NCBI GenBank assembly: GCA_051362555.1
Contig: CM120647.1
Span: 11,508,651 to 11,572,650, forward strand
DNA length: 64,000 nucleotides
Origin: Lingula anatina
Taxonomy: Eukaryota > Animalia > Brachiopoda
Direction of reading: 5' to 3'
Under the pieces are notes generated by a model. That model worked only from the letters and a program-made list of their open reading frames with translations. It was not told where the DNA came from and did no database searches. Position 1 is the stretch's first letter, and each line of letters begins with the position of its first letter. Shown one piece after another: positions 54,415-64,000 of this stretch. The position numbers and the translations under genes were made by a program.

Positions 54415-56874
54415 TGCATTTGCTGATTTTGTTTTTAAAATGTACTTGTGTCGGAATTGATACATGGATGAAATAGATTAGTAATTAGAACCATTTCGTG
54501 TGATAGCACCTGCATACATTTACGGCACTCTGGACAATAACAACTGTCTGTGGATATAACACTCTCAAAACAGTAATCTTAGCAAAATACCATTTTTTTC
54601 ACACACAATCACACAGAAGGAGAACGGAATGTTAAATATCCTACGTCCAAGTCGTGTAACATGACTTAGTAATTACCGTTCTGCCGTTTCACCAACAGCA
54701 AAAAAATACTGTTTTTTTTAAAAACCTATACTCTTCCAATAGTGGTGTCAAAAAATAAGTGACAGGATATCTGTGTTATGGGATAGAATATCTGTGTTAT
54801 GGGATATTCCAAGAAAGCGAATTAGGATTTTGTTGTCTGTGATTTTCCTTTAAAGAACTATACGGTTTCACATATCTATTCAAAGCTCCGTCCAGTAACG
54901 TGTAATCTGGATCCAAATTAAATAGTTTGCCCAACATTACCGCTTCATCTCGCTTCACTTCGACAAATACCGGGGTAATTGGTAATTACTCAAGAGAGAT
55001 ATTCTGGTACCATTTTATAATCATTTCACAACAATAGAATTATAATCAATTAATCTCTTTTAATCTCTAAACACGACAAGTGTAACAATCTTGGACGTGA
55101 GTAGCTTATGGAGAAATATTTGTCAATTATTGTCATGAAGTGAATACTTATCTGCTCTGTGAAAGGATACGTTATACGTCACGGTCTCTGGTTTCACTCC
55201 ACAGTATCAATTGTCACGGCCGGACAACAGAAATCATTGGTAACAATTACATAACGGCCAATTGTATCGGCTTTACGTGAAAATCGCGTGGGGAGAGAAA
55301 CAGCTGGGGACGCATTAAGGAACTGAATACTACGTGAAATATTGAAATTAGTCTCATAACAACGCTTTGAGGGTGTCATATGTCACCGGGTAACAATTGT
55401 CAGCCAGCAGTTAGAGGAACTGGGGGAGAACCATGAAGCAAGACAAGGATTTAGCGCGGGGTACCAGTTGCCTGTGATTCCACAAGGGTCCCTTGTTAAT
55501 TATACAGCATTTAAGACAATATTTAAGACAGCATTTAAGAGGAGTATATGGATAAATGGCAACCCATGTGGTCAGAGGGCTGGATTTTACGTCTGGTGTG
55601 GGGGGGGGGGGGGGGGTTGGAACGGCTCGAAATTACCGCCTTTATGGCAGGAAAAGGCCCGCTGGTCTTCTGTGCCATTTCTCACGCTGGGTAAATTCGG
55701 TGCAGGGAAGGGGGGGGGGGTTGTCAGAAGTAGACCAGACTTTTTGAAACGGCTGAAAAAAACTGCCACCTCCATTACATTACTGAACCGAGCCACACAC
55801 TCGTTGTCTGTACTTACATTTTAACCGCAAATGGTATTTTTGGATGACACTTTACCTAATTAGGATGCAGTGCACACTATAGTTGGTCCTTCATTATGCA
55901 AACAGAACTGAAAGCTGTGTTAAATTTTCTATCAAACCCAAATTCTAATTAATTAAATTCAGGATAAATCTGCATTAACACATTAAACTAGTAAGTGAAC
56001 TGAGACGGGGGACCACTTCTATGGAGCCATAGGAGTCGGATAAAAATGATATTTCACGTATATGGAACACCACCAAGTCCGGGCCTATCCAACTACCAGA
56101 AGCGACACGGAAGAATCCAGAATTCACCATAGATCGGACTACGCTACCGGTTTGCAAGGGTGTATCAGTACGCGCTTCGAAGAATCAGACGCGACACCCT
56201 TGCATCATCGCCATCATATTGCGTACCAGGCTAGAAACATAATCCACTCCGTCACACAGTTGTCAGTGCTGTTTTTTTTCATTTTGCCTAAATTTCTACT
56301 TTACGTTGATTTAAGAAAAAAAAAAGTACGTTATCTAAAACTTGATGCCGCCTATTTTGATATTCACAAAATAAGGGAAAGGGGGAAAAGTATGATAAAT
56401 GATAAGGAAACTGGACCCTGGTTAAAAATTACTGGGACTTACAACAACACTGACCAGCATGGTAACACGTGTCTGTTATCTGTGAGAGTACACGTGTAAT
56501 GTAACTTTTCAGGTGTGACAGGAATGGTAGTCCACTCGGAACCGTGGTCCGTTCCCTTTCACTTTGAACAGGTGAAATTTGTCCCTACTAACCCGAACAC
56601 TCCGACTAACCCTAACCTGTACTAGTCATTTGGGACCCCGGATTTCAATTCCAAGGACTACCACTGTCACACCGGCCCCATACGTCTTCCACTTACCTGT
56701 CATGGTAAATATTCCTAGATAAACACCGATATTTCTTCCGGCCAAAATAACATCCTCGCTTGTCATATCCGCGCTGTGGCGCTGTTTGTTCTTCCAGTAA
56801 GCATAGATTCCCAAGGCGAAGATCAAGATGTAAAATACTATGATGGCAACGAGCCCCCATACGTTCACCGCCAT
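43289..56874 (-). CDS. SLC5A7: High-affinity choline transporter-like (SLC5A7/CHT1 family, sodium:solute symporter), divergent; 9 exons, 572 aa
   Basis: Exons: 56874-56697, 54218-54111, 52335-52180, 51683-51535, 49601-49452, 49002-48873, 48413-48315, 46342-46215, 43909-43289, 1719 nt total. Motifs: MAVNVWGLVAIIVFY, FTMTATWV, GYVTMLDP, GGLYSVSYTDV, LGGIPWQ, VSAAVMSSADS, SSDLIYVIMFPQL, GEP. One-to-one orthology to SLC5A7 is not established. Confidence 0.9.
49060..49371. mobile_element. Two adjacent short TIR elements with CCAGCAAACAC...TTGCTGGG ends (49060-49169 and 49272-49371)
   Basis: TCCAGCAAACACGTCACGTT...AACGTGACGTGTTTGCTGGGA and CCCTGCAAACACAAAACGTT...AAAACGTTACGTACTTGCTGGG. Confidence 0.7.
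53881..54087. mobile_element. Palindromic MITE (same family as 30793-30967)
   Basis: CATTCACCACAGAGTTGAT...GACTAACAGATC...ATCAAATATGGCCGA pairs with TCGGTCATATTTGAT...GATCTGTTAGTC...ATCAACTCTGTTGTGAATG. Confidence 0.8.
54228..54412. repeat. (TATAT)n and (TAT)n microsatellites upstream of the CHT-like exon 2 acceptor
   Basis: Directly visible. Similar (TAA)n tracts occur at 17460-17510, 46378-46520 and 59940-59977. Confidence 0.9.
56512..56673. mobile_element. MITE with GGTGTGACAG...CTGTCACACC TIRs in CHT-like intron 1
   Basis: Inverted termini, homologous to 39290-39449. Confidence 0.8.
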
Positions 56875-58827
56875 GGTCGCTCGATGTATAAATGTTTGTC
56901 TCTAAGTCACTGTGGCTTGTCACGTCTTTGTTGACAAAGCGTGTCCTTTCAGTCCTTAAGATATTAGGCGGCTCGGTGAATTGCAGTTGACGTAAAGTCT
57001 CCTCTCTGGTTTAGTCGCCGAGCTCACCGGCGTCTCTCTGAAAATCCCTCTCCGTGTCTCACTGCTGCCGTTCTTATTGAATACTAAGAAGACTGAGTTA
57101 TAGGAAGTTATTTCACTGGTTTGTTTATATATAATTCCCAGCTCGTTTCTGTTGCCTTCTCTTGAATCTTTGCCAACTAGCGTGTAGCATTCCAGCTTTG
57201 CTTTTTTTCTGTTTCCATTTCACTAATTGCACGTGCCCTTAGTTCGCCGGAGAACGAGTGCAATGGCGTCTGTAGGGGGGGGGGGGGGGAGGATGCGGGG
57301 GGGGGGGGGGGGGGGGGGGGGAGAGGAGAAGACTCCGTATCTTCTCCTTCGTCGAAACAATAGTTTTGGAACCAGCTTGGTATATTTAATCACCCACACT
57401 GAGCCTAGCGGCTAAGTTTATTCGGCCATATATTTATGTGCTCTGCTCTGAGTTTAACTGAAAATGTCGCTACTTTTCCGACCGCGTCGAGCTTTAAATC
57501 TCTCCACCGCTCTCCAGAGGTTATCTCACAGTCTGGTTTCCACACCTTTTTCGGCTGTAACCGCTCAGGCTCGGGTCATCGTGGGACTCGAGGGTAAACG
57601 ACTGTGGAGATTAACACTTGTATCGAGCCTCTGATATCTCTTCGACAAACTTTAAAACTGCGTCTCCTTTTATCCTCGCCGTGATTAGAGACGCGGTGCA
57701 AGGCATTGACCCAACTGTCGCTGATTGAATGTCGTGGTCGGCAATGTAGTTGAGAGATAGGGATTGGCCGGAGGTCAGATTATGTTTTAATAAACCCTCA
57801 CCATACGTATCTCGCAGGTAAAGATACATAGGTTTTTCGGCAGTCACTGGTTTGTTTTTAGAAAAACTTTGCGTTTCCATTTCACATGCTGCACATTGAC
57901 CAGTCTCCTTAAAAGCATTGCTTTCTACCCTTTCGCTTCCCACGCTGTTTACACCGAGGGCTTAGGTGGAAAAGGTGTTAATCCATGCCACAGATTCACG
58001 TTTGTGTGAACGTATCAGCAATTACCACGCAAAGGCGTTCGCTGTCCACGTCGCGCGTGCATACCGCATGTGCGTGCGCGTCAATGAAATCATCAAAAAT
58101 CACATTGAAAAATTCACACCCTCTCTCTCTGTTGATTTGGGAATTGGTTACTTGTAGAATGCAGTGACGACCATACTGTTACAATAACTGGTACACACAA
58201 TAACAAACTTAAATCTGCAGGAATTTAACAACAAAGTCATGTTCACAGCGTGCGGTGGTTAAACTCCAACCCTGTCCAATAAAAAATGACCCATGCACAA
58301 GGGTTTAAGGGTTTATGCGATTTTTGGTAAGTAACAGTAAGTCACAGTACGTGTCCACCTCATAGACGCCGGCCAATCGATAGTTCGCGTGCTGATGACG
58401 AAGTGATCACCGTCGTGTATTCGACATTACATTCACAAAAAACATGCAAAAAAAAGTAATAAAAAATAAATAGAAAAAAAGAAAGAAAGATAAACCGCCC
58501 ATTCATCATATGGTAGAAATATATATATTGATTTTGTGTGAACAAAGAGAATTATATTTTTTACCTTAGAAAAAAAAAAGGTACAGAAGGCTTGTTCCCC
58601 ATGATAGTGAGTGCACTTCCCATTCATTTGTACAGGTTAACCTCGCCCTAGGTTTTGATCCACTTAGGTCAGGCTAACCCTAACCATTATAACTACTGCA
58701 TATGGAGGGCGGACGAGATATACGGACCCTCAGTTTCTCTACACCGGCCGTGGACACATCTCACACAGTTAAACGCCCCCGCGCTTTTCATCACGTTCAA
58801 ACCAGTAATAATGTCTTACACTAACTC

Positions 58828-58922
58828 CCCTCTCTCTTCCATCTCTCTCTCTCTCTCTCTCTTTCTTCCACCTCTCTCGCTCTTTCTCTCTCTCTCTTCC
58901 ATCTCTCTCTCTCTCTCTCTTT

Positions 58923-58971
<49 letters not shown>

Positions 58972-59023
58972 TCCATCTCTCTCGCTCTTTCTCTCTCTCT
59001 TCCATCTCTCTCTCTCTCTCTCT
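58828..59023. repeat. (CT)n-rich polypyrimidine low-complexity tract
   Basis: Directly visible. Confidence 0.95.
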
Positions 59024-59387
59024 TAATTGACCACCAAAACATTTGTAGCTCTCCCTCCGTGAAAAAGGAATGCTAATATCCTCACCTCACGGAGAGTGTT
59101 TGAAAAACTCCGCTGCGAGGGGCAATTGAAAGGATCAGTTAACGTCAGGTTCGTTTGTCTGGACGCCCGTGACATGCGTAACACGGTAGAAAAACTGCAC
59201 ACTGGGCACGTTCACATGACACAGATCTGGAACGAGTATAGTTCGATGTAATTTTTGCTGGTATGTTAAAACTTTAAATACGTATTTCATGATATAAAAC
59301 AAGCATGTATAATAATTACTTCAGAATAATAATTTAAAAAACCATCTACCCTGTGTGGTTTTTATCTCGATGCATGATTCTATCTCC

Positions 59388-59597
59388 TGGGCCTAGTTTC
59401 ATCAACACTGGATAGCGCTGTCCCACGGATAACACTATCAGCCATTTTAACCACTGGACAGCGGCATATGAAACAAAAAATATGTGTCAAGCATTAAGGA
59501 AACATTACTTTAACCACAGGTTAACTGTCCAGTTTATCCAATGGATAGTGTTGCCCATGAGATAGCGCTATATCCAGTGTTGATGAAACTGGGCCCA
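59388..59597. mobile_element. Palindromic MITE
   Basis: TGGGCCTAGTTTCATCAACACTGGATAGCGCT... pairs with ...AGCGCTATATCCAGTGTTGATGAAACTGGGCCCA. Confidence 0.8.
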
Positions 59598-59938
59598 ACT
59601 GGTTCCTATCTTCTTAGTTTTGTCTCCATACTATTTAAATTAGAATCATATTATTCTTCCCATTTTAAGTCATCTTTAAAAACAGAACAAGTAACGACTC
59701 AACTATATATGACTTGAAACTAGGAAAACACCCAGAGACCGCAGAGCTCCGGCAATGTAAGTCGATTATCATTAATCAATTATCACTTAAATCGTGTATG
59801 TCGTTAAGATATGTGTGAGATATGAAGCTGTGAAATAAGTGATTGGATTTATCTGAACTGTAATATAAGTCATCTTCTGTAGTTCAATACTATCAAAAAT
59901 TGCGCAATGTTTAAACCCTCTTTCTGATTAAAGAATAA

Positions 59939-59977
<39 letters not shown>

Positions 59978-60477
59978 TCACTGTCACCAGAGCGATATAT
60001 AACAGAGCAAGAGGGCAGTGCGTTATTTGACATGCATGTACATAACGAGAAAAGCACTAGCACAAAAAACACAACTAAAAACGAATAAAGCACATATAGC
60101 CAAAATTGACGCCGGCTGCATTGTTGATTGTGATAGTTGTCCTACTTGCTGTGGCACTAAGAAATCTATCTTGATAACATGGGATGTATCTTCATAATAT
60201 GGGATGCTTTATACTATAATATATGTTATATGTTGTATACTACATGTTATAATTGAGTTATGGCTCATGTGCTGTTATATACGATTTGTTATGTGTTAGA
60301 CTATATGTCATATGATACACCTGTTGTGGGCATCATTTTCTTTTCAGCTTTAATTTCACTCTCGCTAAATGCTGGCGCCAATTGCCATATGAATAGGCCT
60401 AAATTTGATGGGTACTTTTATTATCGCAGTACCCCCCCCCAAATAATATCTGTTGCTTTAAAGCCTTTCTAGTCGTC

Positions 60478-60852
60478 CCGCCAAGAAGGTTGATTCCACC
60501 CCTGTTTGTTTGTCTGTTTGTTTGTTTGCCTGTTATCAACATAACTCAAAAAGTTATGGACCGATTTTGATGAAATTTTCAGGAACTGTCAGAAGTGGGC
60601 CAAGGAAGATATGATTAGTTTTTGGTGTAATCCGGATAAATAATCAATTAATAATCAATAATCAAAAACTAAGTTATGGGGCGATTTTGATGAAATTTTC
60701 AGGAACTGTCAGAAGTGGGCCAAGGAACAGATGATTCGTTTTTTGTGGTGATCCGGATCAATAATCAATAATCAAAAATATCGAAAATTTAGAGGTGAAA
60801 CGGCATTGGATGGAGACTTTGCTGCCTTGGCGGAGATCTGCTCTCTCTGAGT
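60478..60852 (+). mobile_element. Non-autonomous Helentron/HINE-like element with two internal repeats of about 120 bp
   Basis: Subterminal inverted CCGCCAAG / CTTGGCGG, a (GTTT/GTCT)n microsatellite near the 5' end, and a duplicated CGATTTTGATGAAATTTTCAGGAACTGTCAGAAGTGGGCCAAGGAA core (60563 and 60683). This architecture is typical of HINE-type elements. Confidence 0.7.
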
Positions 60853-61020
60853 TTGATTTTATTTTGCTTTGACCAAAGGCGGGGCATAACTTCCTTGTAG
60901 GCATTAACGTTTACTTCGCTCTCATTTTGCGCTGTACATTTGTTTTATCATTCATGCAATATAATGTTAAGTTAATGCAAACAGTAAACCGATGAATCTT
61001 AAGTATGGGACACTAATGTA

Positions 61021-61244
61021 CACACACTGGACAATAGATGTGTCACCCCTGAATCAGAGTAATCAAAGTTATAATGCCTGGTCTACTTATAATGTGACTA
61101 ATGAGTATAATGGATTTGTATTGTTGGTCTTTTTATGAAATTTGATGTTAACAAAATGATACCAGGAGCATATTATTCTACAGTTATTTATCTCCCCCAA
61201 AGTATTGGTTCAGTAGGGGTGACACTTCTATTGTCCAGTGTGTG
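61021..61244. mobile_element. Tc1/mariner-type MITE with TA target duplication
   Basis: TA|CACACACTGGACAATAGATGTGTCACCCCT ... AGGGGTGACACTTCTATTGTCCAGTGTGTG|TA, about 30-bp TIRs with one mismatch. Confidence 0.85.
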
Positions 61245-61575
61245 TAGTATCAGTTAATAGTTGTAGATTTCGCGGAAGTACACGTAAGAAGGCAATGACA
61301 TTTGACCAGCAAAGGTCATTTTTTATTTCTTCAGGATTTACAATAACTGAATAGTTCTTGAAAATAAAAATTAAAGTCACCTTTGGTCTCAATGTATAAT
61401 ATCCAGAATGACATTACTACGCATAACCGATTTCTCGATTTCGACGTCACAATACTACCAAAAACAAATTAACATTATGTCACAAGCTTTAAAAATAATA
61501 CCAAGTATTTAATTTCTGACCGATCACAATCTAATTGTTGATCTGATTTAAACAAGCAGTTGCACGTGGCGTCAT

Positions 61576-63915
61576 TTAATCCCGCCCTCTACCAGGCCCT
61601 CTACCAGGCCGTCCGCCAGGGCCTCTTCTCGGGACACAAAAGCGGCGTCGCCTGAGTCGGTAGCCGTCTGGGCAGCCGCAAGTGTACCCTCCCTCTGTAT
61701 TAGTACACGTGCTGACGTTACGGGGGCGGCACACGTCCAGGGCGCACTCGTCGATATCTGTAATCAACAACGGTAAGAAATTAAATCACTTACGTCACTG
61801 ATAGTACAATTATAGTCTCACCCGCTGTATAACAGACATTATCTCAAAATTTATTAATCCTATGAGCACATAAAAAAACTGCCTCTATGGTAACGTTACT
61901 GAAATCCCCTGGCAACCAAACATTGGGATAAAATAATCCAATCCAACAGTTAGAGAATCGCGAGAACTATAGGCCTAGAGAAGGTCAGACCTTCGCCATT
62001 GTCATATGCAATGAAAGTTTTTTTTTAATTTCAAACCACGGATTCAACTGAATGTGCACAGAATGAATTATTCTGCACTCAACTGATTTGTAATCTCATC
62101 TCCGCCCCCCCCCCCCCCGCCCCACAAATAGCTGCAATCTGGAATATTTCGTCAAAATCTTCGACCAACTTATCGACGTATCTTGTCCTCTAACAAACAG
62201 ACAGGCAACCTCACACGCATGATGACTTATCCCCTTTCTTTGGTAGATGTACGATGGCAGGATATATACAGTTACAATGAAAATCAACCTTTGTACCCCA
62301 ATTAGCGTTAAATATATAAAAACAAGTCATATTTTGCTGGATTTGAAGGGGAGTTGAATCAGAAACATTGGCAGAGAAGCAGGTGAGTGTCGGGATCGAC
62401 TTAAGTTCAACAGAGATCCCTACACAATATGTAAATACTCTGTATACATGTATTAGTACATATACTGCACCGCCTTGGTACAGAACCCTATTACAGGTAA
62501 GGGATTAGTATATAAAGCGTTGGCAAAGTGGAGATCAGGGAGATCGGGGAATAAATCACTCACAGGATCAGGCGCACAAGGTTTCAGCCTTATTACTAAA
62601 GCGTTGACACTATCTTACGTAGATTCTTGCAGGGTTTCTAGTTTCGTCTTACGCCACGCAGTGTCGCCAGCCTCGTTTTAGCCTTAATGGGACAATCACA
62701 CAACACTCACCTTCACAGGTGCCATTGGTGAACCGATATCCTCTGCGACAGCGACAAGTGTATCTTCCGCGTCGGATCCTGCATACACCGTTTGGACCAC
62801 AAATATCGGGGGTGGCTTCGCACACGTTGATTGCTGGAAAATCATAGATCATGTTGCACTAATTATAATCAAGGCATAGTACTCCAGAAATTTCTACAAA
62901 AAAATTGAAGACTAGAATGATAATGAGGTACTGGATTTGGAATTTCTCCAAACCCATTGCGTTGGTTTACCGTTAGTGACACGCCTGGGCAGAGCATCAG
63001 ATGTAGCAAATAAACATAGTACTATAAGAAATAAAAATTAAGAAATAAGTCCTTCTAGAAATAAGGCATACGATTTAACTTCAAACATCGGTCCCTTTAA
63101 AATTTTTAAATAAAAATAAACAACTTAGCGTGACCATTTTAAGAACACACAGTTCCCTACAATACAATATGCCACTGTTTTCTCATTCCAAATATTTATT
63201 ACCTGTGCACGTGACCCCGTCTCCCGAATACCCAGTTATACATGCGCATGAAAACCCGCCGTCGGTGTTCGTACAGGTGGCTCTCTCGTCATGGCAGTTG
63301 TCGGTGTTGGCTGCGCATTCATCTATATCTGTGACATAAAAGTAAAAACATTAAGATAACACAGGTCTGTGGCAGCGAGATGTGATGAATGCACACAAAA
63401 TACTGCAAAGATACTGAAAAACTAGACAGCAAAGCTGACAAATATACAGACACCATACAAGAAACAAGGCAGCAAAGCTGACAAATGTTCAGACATTCAG
63501 ACCCAGAAAAGAGCAGTTATGGGACAAACGTCATGTGTCGACAGCGACGGCGAAGGCACGGACAGATAGACCAATCAATATATGCAGACAGTGTCTGTAT
63601 ATAAAAAACGAAATAAAAACGTAAATCGTTAAGCACAAAAAGCGGGAATTGTTTACGTTAAGCGCGATGAACATTTTCTGATTTTCATTAACTCCTTTCA
63701 AAAGAAACCTCAACATGACGCTATTTTGAAATTCTCACATTTCTTCTAGTACTTTTGGGAAACGGGTCCCAAGATAAGAAACTCACCTGTGCACGAGGTA
63801 TAGCCATCCCCAGTATAGCCAGAGCTGCAGGCACAGGTAAAGCTTCCCACAGTGTTAGTGCAGTCAGCGTTGGCGGCACAGGTGTGATTACCATCGGCAC
63901 ATTCGTCCACGTCAG
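61576..63915 (-). CDS. 3' end (4 exons) of an EGF / calcium-binding EGF repeat protein with an Arg/Gly/Pro-rich C-terminus; the gene continues beyond the window
   Basis: Phase-1 exons, one EGF each: 63915-63787 ([12 protein letters not shown]...), 63328-63203 ([12 protein letters not shown]...), 62833-62711 ([11 protein letters not shown]...), 61757-61576 ([10 protein letters not shown]...RGRD*). A minus-strand AATAAA lies at about 61322-61327. Confidence 0.88.
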
Positions 63916-64000
63916 CTGAAGTTATGATAGAATATGTTGTACGTGCAAGAGAATGTACGCAAGTAAAAATATACTCCACTAATATGCCATTTTACATTGT

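Noticed and set aside
58655-59042. ER-rich and SL-rich ORFs
   Set aside because: These are translations of the (CT)n low-complexity tract.
1-64000. tRNA, rRNA, snRNA genes or SECIS/recoding signals
   Set aside because: None recognised by eye, and the reconstructed CDSs have no in-frame stops or frameshifts. A covariance-model scan would be needed to exclude small RNAs.

Overview
Eukaryotic (invertebrate-animal-like, AT-rich, intron-rich) genomic window. The species cannot be identified from the sequence. By manual splicing (GT-AG, phase-consistent) I reconstruct six protein-coding genes, all on the minus strand: a 12-exon MBOAT1/2-type lysophospholipid acyltransferase (2872-9264, 490 aa); an 11-coding-exon SLCO4-like organic anion transporter (16679-24079, 750 aa); two tandem 6-exon DEG/ENaC (ASIC-like) channel paralogs (27266-31570, 475 aa; 36941-40061, 480 aa); a 9-exon SLC5A7/CHT1-like transporter (43289-56874, 572 aa); and the last four exons of an EGF-repeat protein with an Arg-rich tail (61576-63915, 5' part outside the window). 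Introns and intergenic DNA carry many short palindromic non-autonomous DNA elements (MITEs), a HINE/Helentron-like element, minisatellites and microsatellites. The most unusual items are: (1) a 114-bp tandem duplication of an MBOAT exon end that forms two potential 42-nt in-frame microexons differing only synonymously; (2) both DEG/ENaC paralogs lacking the HG gating motif and carrying GST instead of GxS in the filter; (3) a CHT1-like protein with choline-cage and TM1 substitutions; (4) MITE hairpins repeatedly placed about 25-45 nt downstream of 5' splice sites; and (5) an A-B-A'-B' interleaved inverted repeat.
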